This document shows, piece after piece, positions 1-9,991 of a stretch of DNA of 63,162 nucleotides. Made by a program: the position numbers and the translations under genes. Below the pieces are notes generated by a model. It was not told the origin of the DNA and made no database searches. It saw only the letters and a list, made by a program, of their open reading frames with translations. This DNA comes from Bacilli bacterium (GTDB lineage Bacteria; Bacillota_I; Bacilli_A; RF39; UBA660), in contig JAFXHG010000038.1 of the NCBI GenBank assembly GCA_017536505.1, forward strand, positions 1-63,162, given 5' to 3'. The stretch's first letter is position 1, and each line of letters opens with the position of its first letter.

Positions 1-662
1 AGTGTTGTTTTACCATGGTCAACATGTCCCATTATAGTAACAACTGCAGGTCTTTTTACTAAGTCCTCTTCTTTATCATTAATTTCATATTCTTCAAATT
101 TTGTTTCATCTATTATTTGTTCTTCTTTTAATTCTTTTCCATATTCTGAAGCCAATAAAGATGCATTATCAAAATCTACTTTATTATTTACTGTAGCAAG
201 CACTCCTAACATAAATAATTTTTTTATTAAATCGCTTGCTTGAACATCTAAAGCCTTAGCTAAGTCAGCAATAGTCATTCCTTCTTTATAAGTAACTACA
301 TTAGTATCTATAACAGGACCATTACTTATAAGTTTTTCTTTATTTTTATACATTTCTTTTTTCTTTTTAGCTAATTCTTTCTTTCCTACTTTAACTTTAT
401 TCATTGTAGGTTGAGTTTGTTTTTTCTGTTTAGAATTATTAACTACAGGTTCTTGTTTCTTATTTTCTTTTTCTATAAGTTCTTCTTCATATTCCAAATC
501 CATTTCTTCTTCACGAGCAATTGTGTTATCTAGTTCAGTTATAGCATCTTCATCTAAATAATCATCCTCATTCAATACTGGAATATTTAATCTTTTACAT
601 AAATTTAATATTTCACTTACAGTTTTATTTACATCTTGTGCGTATTCTAATACACTCATCAT
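1..662 (-). CDS. infB: Translation initiation factor IF-2, 5' part (runs off the window edge)
   Basis: Manual translation MMSVLEYAQDVNK...RPAVVTIMGHVDHGKTT contains the IF-2 G1 motif; downstream of nusA-ylxR; not in the ORF track. Confidence 0.97.
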   Translation of the reverse strand, partial: MMSVLEYAQDVNKTVSEILNLCKRLNIPVLNEDDYLDEDAITELDNTIAREEEMDLEYEEELIEKENKKQEPVVNNSKQKKQTQPTMNKVKVGKKELAKKKKEMYKNKEKLISNGPVIDTNVVTYKEGMTIADLAKALDVQASDLIKKLFMLGVLATVNNKVDFDNASLLASEYGKELKEEQIIDETKFEEYEINDKEEDLVKRPAVVTIMGHVDHGKTT

Positions 663-677
663 AACTACACCCTCTTC

Positions 678-1103
678 CTATATTTTTCTTACTAGTATTC
701 CTGCCTCCATCAAAAAGTTTTGTGATAATTCATCAGGATAATCTTTATCATATACTATCTCACTTACACCACTACTAACAAGTAGTTTAGCACATATATG
801 ACATGGGAATGTTGTTATATATGCAACACTTCCATCAAGTTTAACTCCATTTCTAGCAGCTTCTGAGATTGCTAATTGTTCAGCACAAATAGCTCTACAA
901 ACCTCTCTTCTAGTTCCACTTGGTATATTTAATTTTTCTCTTATACAACCTACTTCAGCACAGTCATTAATGCCTCCAGACATATTATTGTACCCTTGAG
1001 CAACTACTGCGCCATCTTTAACTAATACTGCACCTACTTTGGCTCTTAAACAAACTGATTTTTCTGCTTGTTCATAAGCCATATCCATATAAACTCTATC
1101 CAT
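678..1103 (-). CDS. dCMP deaminase/ComEB-like zinc deaminase
   Basis: CLRAKVGAVLV, GYN and PCHICAK motifs; CAEQ stands in place of the usual HAEQ. Confidence 0.85.
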   Translation of the reverse strand: MDRVYMDMAYEQAEKSVCLRAKVGAVLVKDGAVVAQGYNNMSGGINDCAEVGCIREKLNIPSGTRREVCRAICAEQLAISEAARNGVKLDGSVAYITTFPCHICAKLLVSSGVSEIVYDKDYPDELSQNFLMEAGILVRKI

Positions 1104-1111
1104 AAAATCTC

Positions 1112-1600
1112 CTATAAAGTTAATTTTAACTCTTTTCCTTTTGATTCATATTTTTTATACTTCACTCCACAAGCATCAAGCATTTTTTTTGAAGCAATAT
1201 TACCTGGAGTCTGATCATATTTATCACTTAAATACACTAATTCAGTAATTCCAGATTGAATAATTGCTTTAGCACACTCATTACATGGAAATAAAGTAAC
1301 ATAAAGCTTACACCCTTTAACAGGTATTTTTGAATTAAGTATTGCATTTAATTCTGAATGACAAACATAAGCATACTTAGTGTCAAGGAAATCTCCTTCC
1401 CTTTCCCACGTCATATCTTTATCATCATCATACCCGATAGGAGCACCATTATATCCCATAGAAACAATTTTATTATTTTCATCTACGATACAAGCACCTA
1501 CTTGACTATTTGGGTCTTTACTTCTTTCTGCAGAAATCATAGCAATTCCCATAAAATATTCATCCCATGATAAATAATTTTCTCTTTTCATATTATTCAC
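1112..1600 (-). CDS. Deoxycytidylate (dCMP) deaminase
   Basis: WDEYFM, RSKDPNSQVGACIV, HSELNAILN and PCNECAK motifs. Confidence 0.93.
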   Translation of the reverse strand: MNNMKRENYLSWDEYFMGIAMISAERSKDPNSQVGACIVDENNKIVSMGYNGAPIGYDDDKDMTWEREGDFLDTKYAYVCHSELNAILNSKIPVKGCKLYVTLFPCNECAKAIIQSGITELVYLSDKYDQTPGNIASKKMLDACGVKYKKYESKGKELKLTL

Positions 1601-1850
1601 CTACTTTTGATTTTAATTCTTCGTAAATAGAATCTGGTACTTCTACTTCTAATTTTTTATTTAATATTTTAGTTTTTTGTGCTTTATCAAATGTTTCAAT
1701 AGATTTTTTTAAATAAGCACCTCTACCATTAGCCTTACCACTCTCATCTACTATTACATTTCCTTCAGGAGTTCTTACTACTCTAATTAATTCTTTTTTA
1801 GGTAATTTCTCTCCTGTAACTACACATGATCTCATTGGTATTTTCTTCAT
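1593..1850 (-). CDS. ylxR: YlxR/RnpM family RNA-binding protein
   Basis: KKIPMRSCVV...GRGAY; directly after nusA. Confidence 0.95.
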   Translation of the reverse strand: MKKIPMRSCVVTGEKLPKKELIRVVRTPEGNVIVDESGKANGRGAYLKKSIETFDKAQKTKILNKKLEVEVPDSIYEELKSKVGE

Positions 1851-1857
1851 AATACAC

Positions 1858-3042
1858 CTACTCTAAAATATTAATTCCAGCTTCTTTAACTTGATCTAAA
1901 GTTTTAATTTCTAAATTATAGTGAGTTAAACGACTTGCAAGTTTAACATTAATACCTTTTTTACCAATAGCTAAACTTAAATTTTCATCATTAACTACTA
2001 CCATAGTTTCTTTAGTTTTTTCATCAAGTACAAATACTCTTAAATCTTTAGCAGGACTAAGTGCATTTTGTATAAACTCAACAGGATCTTTAGAATATTT
2101 AACTATATCTATTTTTTCTTTACCTAATTCTTTTAATATGTTAGCAATTCTAGTTCCTCTTTCACCTATACAAGCACCAATTGGATCTACATTATTAACT
2201 TCTGAATAAACAGCTATTTTAGTTCTATTACCAGCTTCACGAGCTACACTATAAATTAATACTGTTCCATCACTAATTTCTGGTATTTCAAGTTCGAATA
2301 ATCTTTTAATAAATCCATAATGTTTACGAGATAAAAGTATTAAAGCTCCCTTAGAGTTAATATCTACTTTACTGATATAAACTTTAATATTAGATCCCAT
2401 CTTAATTTCTTCACCAGGAATAATTTCTGATTTAGGAAGTAATCCTTGAGTCCTACCTAAATTGATATAATAATTATTTTCATCTTCCATTTCAACAAGA
2501 CCAGACATCATTTCATCTTGTTTTTCTCCAAATTCATTAGCTATATTATTTCTTTCAGCTTCTCTAACTTTTTGAATGATTACTTGTTTAGCTGTAGCAG
2601 CAGCAACTCTTCCAAATTCTTTAGCAACTACTTCTTCTTCTATAGTTTCTCCTATATTTATTTCAGGATCTAATTTTCTAGCATCTTCTAAAGTTATATG
2701 AATTTTTTCGTTAAATACAAATGGTCTATATCTAAATTCTTCTGGTAAATCCTCTAATTCTTCATTTTCTAAATCTTCTTCAGATAAAATTTCTTCATCT
2801 GCCATTGGAATATTATCTTCATCAAGTGATTCTTTATGAGTTTCATCAAGTACTACTGTTTTAAATGAAAATAATTTAAATTCATTTTTATCTTTATCCA
2901 CTTCTACACGTACATTAGAAAGACCTGTATTCTTTTTATAAGCACTTGTTAAAGCAAGTACCATTGCTTCATAAATATATTCTCTTTCCATTCCACGTTC
3001 TTCTAAAAGTTCTAATGCTTTTGTAAATTCTTTACTATTCAT
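1858..3042 (-). CDS. nusA: Transcription termination factor NusA
   Basis: FGRVAAATAKQ, AREAGNRTKIAV, LAIGKKGINVKLA; likely start MNSKEF at 3042. Confidence 0.97.
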   Translation of the reverse strand: MNSKEFTKALELLEERGMEREYIYEAMVLALTSAYKKNTGLSNVRVEVDKDKNEFKLFSFKTVVLDETHKESLDEDNIPMADEEILSEEDLENEELEDLPEEFRYRPFVFNEKIHITLEDARKLDPEINIGETIEEEVVAKEFGRVAAATAKQVIIQKVREAERNNIANEFGEKQDEMMSGLVEMEDENNYYINLGRTQGLLPKSEIIPGEEIKMGSNIKVYISKVDINSKGALILLSRKHYGFIKRLFELEIPEISDGTVLIYSVAREAGNRTKIAVYSEVNNVDPIGACIGERGTRIANILKELGKEKIDIVKYSKDPVEFIQNALSPAKDLRVFVLDEKTKETMVVVNDENLSLAIGKKGINVKLASRLTHYNLEIKTLDQVKEAGINILE

Positions 3043-3298
3043 TTTCTTCACAACCTTTCTCTTTTGAACATACATCAAGTATATAACTATCAGTAATATA
3101 GTCTACAGTATCTAGAATTGGATCTATTATTCTTGTTACAGTAACACAATCCTCTACATCTATAATACCTTTTTTATCAATAACTACCCTTAGAAAGTAA
3201 TTACCATCTTCTTTAACATATAATACTTCATCTAAAATATAACCATTTTCTTTTATAGATTCTTCTATTAAATTTTTAACCTTTCCTGCAATATCCAT
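3035..3298 (-). CDS. rimP: Ribosome maturation factor RimP, short form (N-terminal domain only)
   Basis: LRVVIDK.GII.VEDC...IDPILD...YILDVCS; first gene of the nusA-infB operon; 87 aa. Confidence 0.85.
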   Translation of the reverse strand: MDIAGKVKNLIEESIKENGYILDEVLYVKEDGNYFLRVVIDKKGIIDVEDCVTVTRIIDPILDTVDYITDSYILDVCSKEKGCEENE

Positions 3299-3320
3299 GA
3301 ACTACCTCCCTACTAAGTTA

Positions 3321-3344
3321 AAGAGTGGGAAAATTCCCACTCTT
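3321..3344 (-). promoter_or_regulatory. rimP leader hairpin (putative attenuator)
   Basis: AAGAGTGGGA-ATTT-TCCCACTCTT perfect stem just upstream of the rimP RBS; a GGG/CCC hairpin is the known feature of rimP leaders. Confidence 0.7.
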
Positions 3345-3448
3345 GACTTGATTTATTGCTTCAACAACTAAATTATACCACACTTTTATAATTTTTCAAA
3401 CTTTTTTTAATCTTTTTATAAATTTTTGGTATAATATATATATGATAT

Positions 3449-4168
3449 GTGGAGGTATTTATGATAAAAGAAAAAAAATATGAATTAAGAAATATGCTTA
3501 TAGGATTTGGAGTTATATTTTTATATCTAATTGCTTCTGCGCTTCCATATGATTTTTTAAGTTTCTTTGGAATTAATTATAATAATTTAAATCTAATTAC
3601 TAAGCAAATATATTTAATACTCTATGAAGCAGGTTTAACACTCATAATAGTTTATATATTTAGAAAAGATTTTATTCCTAATTTTAAAGATTTTATAAAG
3701 AATACTATTAAGTATTTTAAAAAATATATTAAATATTGGTTTTTAATGTTAGGGTTAATGATTTTAAGTAATTCTATTATAACAATGTTTACTACAACAA
3801 TGACTTCTCAAAACCAACAATCAGTTGTAGAAACATTAGTACAAGCACCTATTTATACCATAATTATTACTGTTTTTCTAGCGCCAATACTTGAAGAATT
3901 AGTATTTAGATTATCATTTAGAAAAATTTTTACTCATACTAATTTTCTATTTATCTTCTTTTCAGGTTTATTTTTTGGTGGAATGCATGTATTAGGCAGC
4001 TTAGAAAATCTAATAGATTTATTATTTATAATACCATACAGTATTCCTGGATTTATGTTTGCTTATCTTTATTCAAAAACCAAAAATATATGCGTTCCTA
4101 TATTATTACACTTTGTGCATAATGCGATAATGATGATATTACAAATATTTTTAATATTTTTAACATAA
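3449..4168 (+). CDS. CPBP (Abi/CAAX) family intramembrane metalloprotease
   Basis: APILEELVFR, FGGMH and HFVHN motifs; multiple TM helices; true start may be ATG 3461. Confidence 0.92.
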   Translation: MEVFMIKEKKYELRNMLIGFGVIFLYLIASALPYDFLSFFGINYNNLNLITKQIYLILYEAGLTLIIVYIFRKDFIPNFKDFIKNTIKYFKKYIKYWFLMLGLMILSNSIITMFTTTMTSQNQQSVVETLVQAPIYTIIITVFLAPILEELVFRLSFRKIFTHTNFLFIFFSGLFFGGMHVLGSLENLIDLLFIIPYSIPGFMFAYLYSKTKNICVPILLHFVHNAIMMILQIFLIFLT

Positions 4169-4190
4169 AAAAGAGGTTAACCTCTTTTTT
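4167..4190. terminator. Bidirectional intrinsic terminator
   Basis: AAAAAAGAGG-TTAA-CCTCTTTTTT between convergent genes. Confidence 0.8.
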
Positions 4191-4545
4191 ATCTTCTCTT
4201 TAACATTTCATCTACTTCGTCAATCATTTGAATATGTTCTTCTAACATTCTTTTTTCCTTTAATTGATTTCTTAAGGAAATTAAAAATCCGAGTGTGGCA
4301 CCAGAAATACCAAGTAAAGCTACAGAATGAAAAACAATTGAGTTAGTTGCAAAATCGTTTCTTATAAAAAAGCCTAAATTACTAGCGGAAATAACTACAC
4401 CTACACCCAAAATTCCTAAAGTTTGTATTGTTGCTCTTATTTCGCTTTTAGCATCTTCAATTCTTTCTCTTGCTGTTTCAGGCATACATATTATTTCATT
4501 TTTTTGACTTTCTTCTTTGTATAATTTCATTATAATCCCCCTCAT
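4189..4545 (-). CDS. Hypothetical two-TM membrane protein
   Basis: Two hydrophobic helices, basic C-terminus (MLKRR), GAGGGG RBS before the internal Met. Confidence 0.6.
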   Translation of the reverse strand: MRGIIMKLYKEESQKNEIICMPETARERIEDAKSEIRATIQTLGILGVGVVISASNLGFFIRNDFATNSIVFHSVALLGISGATLGFLISLRNQLKEKRMLEEHIQMIDEVDEMLKRR

Positions 4546-4592
4546 TCGAGTGTATATATTATCATGACATTATTTTTTTGTCAAAATGACAC

Positions 4593-4613
4593 AAAAAGGA
4601 GCTAAGCTCCTTT
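4593..4613 (-). terminator. Intrinsic terminator
   Basis: GGAGC-TAA-GCTCC stem with an A-tract on the plus strand. Confidence 0.65.
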
Positions 4614-4615
4614 CA

Positions 4616-4768
4616 TTACATCATATCTTCTAGTTTTTTATTTGCTTTTTCCATAGCTTCATTTGCCAAATCTTCTAACTTATTCATTACTGGCTCGCTA
4701 TATTTTTGGTAAGCAAGAACCGCACCAGCACCCATAGCAATTAATGCCATCGATTTTAAAACTTTCAT
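4616..4768 (-). CDS. Small (50 aa) membrane-anchored protein
   Basis: MKVLKSMALIAMGAGAVLAYQKYSEPVMNKLEDLANEAMEKANKKLEDMM; GAGGTGA RBS; terminator downstream; below the ORF-track cutoff. Confidence 0.75.
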   Translation of the reverse strand: MKVLKSMALIAMGAGAVLAYQKYSEPVMNKLEDLANEAMEKANKKLEDMM

Positions 4769-4837
4769 TCTATCACCTCACTAGAAATATGACAGTGTAT
4801 ATAAACCAATATATACATTAATATTTTTAGTGATTTT

Positions 4838-7051
4838 TTATTTTTTATTCAAACTATTTAATAATTTTTCTAAAAGACCAGTCTTTCTTATTATTTCATT
4901 ATTGTTTCTTATACCATACATAAATGCCATTGGTTCTCCAATTATTATTAATCTTTTTTTAGCACGTGTTACTGCTGTGTATATTAATTTTTTATATAGC
5001 ATTCGTTTATAAGAACTACTCACTGGTATTATAACAAGTTCGAACTCACTACCTTGAGATTTATGTATACTTATAATAAAACCATGTTTAAATTTATTAA
5101 AATCTTTTAAAGTATATGTAACAAAAGTTCCATCATAATCAATAGTTATTTCAGGTTTCCCACTTTTACCTTTATATTCTATTTTTTTTATAATACCTAT
5201 ATCTCCATTAAATACATTGTTATCAGGATCGTTAACTAATTGTAATACTTTATCATTTTCTCTATATATTATATCTCCATATTTTATTTCTTTTTTATTT
5301 AATTCAATAGGATTAAATACATCTTGAAGCACTTTATTTATATTGTCTATTCCATTAACTCCTGCATACATAGGAGCCATTAACTGTACTCTTTTATAAT
5401 CATATCCTTTACTTATTACTTTTTTTACAATATTTACTAAACTAGGTATTATTACATCACTATGACATTCTAAAAACTTATAATCATCTCTATCTATTAA
5501 AAAGTCTTCTTCTAAAGTTTCATTTTTTATTTCATTAGCAAGTACTGGTATATAACTATATTCATCTTGTCTATATAACAAATCAAGTTCTACTGTATCT
5601 ACAATATCACTGTCTATTAAATCTTTTAAAACATTTCCAGCACCAACACTAGGTAATTGATTATAATCTCCAACAAGTACTAGCTTTATATTATTAGTAA
5701 GGCCTCTAAGAAGACTATTCATAAGTCTATTATCTATCATACTTACTTCGTCTACTATTATTAAATTAGAAAAATCAGGATTATATTCATTCACCATAAA
5801 TTCATCTAATTCTTTATTCCATTTTAAAAATCTATGTATTGTACTTGCAGGAAGAGATGTAGATTCACTCATTCTTTTACTAGCTCTTCCTGTAGGAGCA
5901 AGTAATGCGATATTATTTATTAAATCTTTATCATTTAGTTTGTTTAATTTCTTATATAATTCTACAATTGCTTTTATTATAGTAGTTTTACCTGTTCCAG
6001 GTCCACCAGTTATTATTAGTATGTTATTTTCTAAAGCTTTTATAATAGCTTCTTTTTGCTTATCACTATACTCTATTTCATACTTATCTTCTAATTCTTT
6101 AATTCTTAAATCTATGTTTTTATAATTAGTAACATCTTTATTTATTAAATAATTTATTTTAGAAGCAATATATTCTTCAGCATCATAATCTTCAAAAAGA
6201 TAGTATCTATCGTCTTCTATTTTTATTTTTAATTCACCATCTAATTCACTTATTGCTTCATCAAATAAAGTACTATCTATATCATTTTTTAAATAAAAAC
6301 TAACACCTTCATATATCTCTCCATAAGATAGGTAAGTATCACCTTTTTTAAAACTTAATTCTTTTATAATATAAACAATACAAGCTTTAATTCTGTTTAA
6401 ATTAAATTTATCTTCATTTAAAGATATAGCTATTTCATCTACTTTAGTAAAATTAATATCTTCTATATCATCTATTATTCTATATATATCATTTTCTATT
6501 ATACGTATTGTATTACTTTTATATATATTATAAATACTTAATGAATCCTTCATAGTAAATCCTAATTCAGTTAATTTTACTATTGTTTCATGAGATTCTT
6601 CATATTTAACAAGTGTATCGTGTATTATATTTATTTTAGCTTCAGATAGTTTTGGTACTTGATATAAGCAAGTTTTATCTTTAAGTATTAAATCAAGTGC
6701 ATTCTCTCCCAAAGTATCTACTATTCTAATAGCCATCTTTTCTCCAATGCCTTTAAATAAATCACTAGATAAAAATTCTACTATTCCATCTTTATCATCT
6801 GGTTTTATTCTTTCACTTTCTTTAACATTAAATTGAAATCCATACTTAGGATGATTAGCTATTTCTCCATACATTATATATTTTTCATTTTCGTTTAATT
6901 CAGCAAAATAACCTGTAAAAGTTATAGTTTTATTAACAAATTCTTGCATTTCTATAATATTAGTTTCAGACACTTTTAAAAGACCTATTATATAGCCCTT
7001 GTCACTTCTAAATATAGATTGTCTAAATGTTCCTTTTACAAAATCTTTCAC
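4838..7051 (-). CDS. recD2: ATP-dependent RecD-like DNA helicase
   Basis: HPKYGFQF N-terminal domain, GGPGTGKTT, VDEVSM, GDYNQLPSVG, IHKSQGSEF. Confidence 0.95.
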   Translation of the reverse strand: MKDFVKGTFRQSIFRSDKGYIIGLLKVSETNIIEMQEFVNKTITFTGYFAELNENEKYIMYGEIANHPKYGFQFNVKESERIKPDDKDGIVEFLSSDLFKGIGEKMAIRIVDTLGENALDLILKDKTCLYQVPKLSEAKINIIHDTLVKYEESHETIVKLTELGFTMKDSLSIYNIYKSNTIRIIENDIYRIIDDIEDINFTKVDEIAISLNEDKFNLNRIKACIVYIIKELSFKKGDTYLSYGEIYEGVSFYLKNDIDSTLFDEAISELDGELKIKIEDDRYYLFEDYDAEEYIASKINYLINKDVTNYKNIDLRIKELEDKYEIEYSDKQKEAIIKALENNILIITGGPGTGKTTIIKAIVELYKKLNKLNDKDLINNIALLAPTGRASKRMSESTSLPASTIHRFLKWNKELDEFMVNEYNPDFSNLIIVDEVSMIDNRLMNSLLRGLTNNIKLVLVGDYNQLPSVGAGNVLKDLIDSDIVDTVELDLLYRQDEYSYIPVLANEIKNETLEEDFLIDRDDYKFLECHSDVIIPSLVNIVKKVISKGYDYKRVQLMAPMYAGVNGIDNINKVLQDVFNPIELNKKEIKYGDIIYRENDKVLQLVNDPDNNVFNGDIGIIKKIEYKGKSGKPEITIDYDGTFVTYTLKDFNKFKHGFIISIHKSQGSEFELVIIPVSSSYKRMLYKKLIYTAVTRAKKRLIIIGEPMAFMYGIRNNNEIIRKTGLLEKLLNSLNKK

Positions 7052-7107
7052 TATATCACCAAATAATATTTTATCATAAAAAAACTATCTAATGATAGTC
7101 GTTTTAA

Positions 7108-7515
7108 TTATTTTATTATTTTTTTATTTATACAATAAGGTATTACTTTATTATTTAAAACATGAGATAATTTTATATCTTTCATAGATGTATCATACCA
7201 AATAAAACTTTCTATTTCATCTGATGTAGAAAATTCCCCTTTTAACTCTCCTTTATAATTAAAAAGGTGAAAATGAATTTTTAAATTTGGATCACTAGTA
7301 GCTTTTTCTACAAAATCCATTACTAGTTCAAATTTAGTTGGATCTATTATAGCTTTAGGTCCTAATTCTTCATGACATTCTCTTATAGCAGCTTCAAGTA
7401 CTGTTTCATTTTCTTCTACTTTACCCCCTACCATTTGATAAGTTGGTCTTTTTCTTGGTTTATCTAAAAGTAATTTATTATCTTTTATAAATATAGTTCC
7501 AACCACTTTTAACAT
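7108..7515 (-). CDS. NUDIX hydrolase
   Basis: GGKVEENETVLEAAIRECHEELG Nudix box. Confidence 0.92.
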   Translation of the reverse strand: MLKVVGTIFIKDNKLLLDKPRKRPTYQMVGGKVEENETVLEAAIRECHEELGPKAIIDPTKFELVMDFVEKATSDPNLKIHFHLFNYKGELKGEFSTSDEIESFIWYDTSMKDIKLSHVLNNKVIPYCINKKIIK

Positions 7516-7540
7516 AATATCACCTATTTAATTATAACAT

Positions 7541-7566
7541 AAAAAGATGATTGCTCATCTTTTTTT
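7541..7566 (-). terminator. Intrinsic terminator
   Basis: AAAAAGATGA-TTGC-TCATCTTTTT. Confidence 0.65.
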
Positions 7567-7567
7567 A

Positions 7568-8653
7568 TTACCATACTCCACAACTTAAGTTATATTGTTT
7601 ACATAATTCTAAAGTAAGTGGATCTCCATCTGGATTGCCACCTCCACTACGAGGGTCAAAGTAATGAGTTGCCCCATTATATTTACCTACATATAAGTTA
7701 CCACTCTTAGTTATAGTTATTGGAGTAATAGCTTTTTCATTTAAAGAAACTACTTTAAGTGCTCCACTATCTATAGCAATAGCTTTAAACATTGGAAGTT
7801 CACGAGTATCATCGCAACCAATTTGTCCACCATAATCCATTGTTTGACTTTCTGAACACATAAAACCTGTAAATTCATCAGTGATTTTAGAACTATTAAT
7901 ATTATAATCTGCTAAACCTATTACAATAATTTCATTAATAGCTTCTTTAACTACTTTTTCTGCTATTTTTTCTCTTGAAATTTCTTTCCCAGTTTCATCA
8001 TAAGTAACTTTATATGTTACTTCAATTTCTCCAGTAACGCCTTTTTGTATTACTTCTTTGCTACCACTTTTTTTATTAGCATCCTTTTTTGTTTCTGTTT
8101 GATATTGAACTTCTGTTTTTTCAATTATTTCTTCTGTTGTATATTTTGATTCAATTGCTGCTTGTTCATCTTGAAAAATTTTATTTTCTTCAACATAAAT
8201 ATCAATGTACCCAACAGAATCTCCTTCTTCTGTTACAATTGCAATATTATGATTTCCAGGTTCAATTTTCAATTCGTTCATAACCTTTTTTAAACCTTTA
8301 ATCATTTTTACACCATCTTGTTCCACAACTTCAAAATATCCAAGAAATTTTGGTTCTGAATAAATCCAAACAGCTACTTTTTCATTTTCTTTCAAATCTA
8401 TATTTTCAGAAAAAACTATTTCGTCTTCTGTTACTTTAGAAACTTCTACTACTTCCATTTCTTGTAATAATTCTTCAGTATTAGTTGCAGGTGCGACTAC
8501 TTTATCTTCAACATTGTCTTTGTTTGAAGACTCATTTTTAGGTTCACTATCTTTGTTGAAAAATATAAAATATGATGAGATGGCAAGTGCTAAAACTAAA
8601 ACTACACTACCAATTATAATAAATAATTTCTTTTTATTTTTCACATATACCAC
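7568..8653 (-). CDS. Membrane-anchored G5-domain surface protein
   Basis: N-terminal TM; G5-like segment (YQTETKKD...VIQKGVTG...EAINEIIVIG); Cys-paired C-terminal domain. Confidence 0.75.
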   Translation of the reverse strand: MVYVKNKKKLFIIIGSVVLVLALAISSYFIFFNKDSEPKNESSNKDNVEDKVVAPATNTEELLQEMEVVEVSKVTEDEIVFSENIDLKENEKVAVWIYSEPKFLGYFEVVEQDGVKMIKGLKKVMNELKIEPGNHNIAIVTEEGDSVGYIDIYVEENKIFQDEQAAIESKYTTEEIIEKTEVQYQTETKKDANKKSGSKEVIQKGVTGEIEVTYKVTYDETGKEISREKIAEKVVKEAINEIIVIGLADYNINSSKITDEFTGFMCSESQTMDYGGQIGCDDTRELPMFKAIAIDSGALKVVSLNEKAITPITITKSGNLYVGKYNGATHYFDPRSGGGNPDGDPLTLELCKQYNLSCGVW

Positions 8654-8743
8654 TCCTTACTATGAAAACTAATTTATTACATGTACATTATATCATATAT
8701 TATTAATTTAAGAACAAAAAAAGATAAATTTTAATTTATATTC

Positions 8744-9931
8744 TTAATCATTAGCTAAATTATCAAAATATCCTTGTATAAATACAACAGGAGTTCCCTT
8801 ATCACCACTACCACTTGTTAAGTCACAAAGTGATCCTATTAAGTCAGTAATCCTTCTAGGCGTAGTACCTTGAGACAACATATTTCCTACTAAATTACTT
8901 TCTTTTTTCTTTATCTCTTCTTTTATAGCGTTCTTTAATTCTTCACCTTTTAAATCAGCAAACTTATTATCTGATATATATTTTAATTTTAATTCATTTG
9001 GTGTGCCATTTAAACCTTCGGTATGTGCAGGAGATACAACAGGATCTGCAAGCTCCCATATATGTCCAACAGGATCTTTAAAAGCTCCATCTCCATATAC
9101 CATTACTTCTATTGTTTTTCCTGTTAATTCTTTTAATCTATTTTGTATATCAATAACTAATTCATCACCTGTTTTAGGGAATAGTTTTAATCTTTCTTCA
9201 GTAGCTTTATTAGAGCCTAAAAGTCCATAATTAGGATTACATCCACTACCATTTATAGGTTCAGTCATAATTTCATATAATCCGTATATAGTTTTAGCAC
9301 CTGCTTCACTTAACATCTTTTTTGTACGTAATCTTGTATGTATATCACAAGTAAGTACATCTTTAGTATAATCTAATATTACTTTAGGATCATTAGCAAA
9401 TACAAATTCTACTTCACAATTTTCACTTTCTATCAAATCACGATAAAAATCTACCATGTTAATTCCAGTAAAAGGATGAATAAAACTACTAAATGTTTCT
9501 TTATAATCTTTTTCACTTATAACACTACTTAAATTAAATTTACTACTATCTAATATATCTTCATCAAGTATATTATTTCCAACCTCATCAGATGGAAAAC
9601 TAAGTAACATAGTTATTTTATCCATAGCACGAGCTATACCTTTTAAAATCATAGAAAATCTATTTCTACTAAGTATCGGAAATACTACACCAATATTTTT
9701 TGATGGAAATTTATTTTGTAAATCTAAAGCTATATCATCAACTGTTACATAATTGCCTTCACTTATACCTACTACAGCTTCAGTAATAGCTACTACATCC
9801 TTATCTCTAAATTCAAATCCTTCGCTTTCTTTAGCTTTAATTAGTGAATCAACAACTATACTAGCTAAATCATCATTCTCTTTAATTATTGGAGTTCTAA
9901 TACCCCTAACAACAGTACCAACACATCTCAT
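8744..9931 (-). CDS. Coenzyme F420-0:L-glutamate ligase-like (CofE family) protein
   Basis: VGTVVRGIRTPII, GDGAFKDPVG, GSLCDLTSGSGDKGTP typical of the Firmicutes CofE-like family. Confidence 0.8.
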   Translation of the reverse strand: MRCVGTVVRGIRTPIIKENDDLASIVVDSLIKAKESEGFEFRDKDVVAITEAVVGISEGNYVTVDDIALDLQNKFPSKNIGVVFPILSRNRFSMILKGIARAMDKITMLLSFPSDEVGNNILDEDILDSSKFNLSSVISEKDYKETFSSFIHPFTGINMVDFYRDLIESENCEVEFVFANDPKVILDYTKDVLTCDIHTRLRTKKMLSEAGAKTIYGLYEIMTEPINGSGCNPNYGLLGSNKATEERLKLFPKTGDELVIDIQNRLKELTGKTIEVMVYGDGAFKDPVGHIWELADPVVSPAHTEGLNGTPNELKLKYISDNKFADLKGEELKNAIKEEIKKKESNLVGNMLSQGTTPRRITDLIGSLCDLTSGSGDKGTPVVFIQGYFDNLAND

Positions 9932-9991
9932 AACATACCTCCTATTTTCCTACTAAATTATAACACTACAAAAAAAATAAGTAAACTGTTT

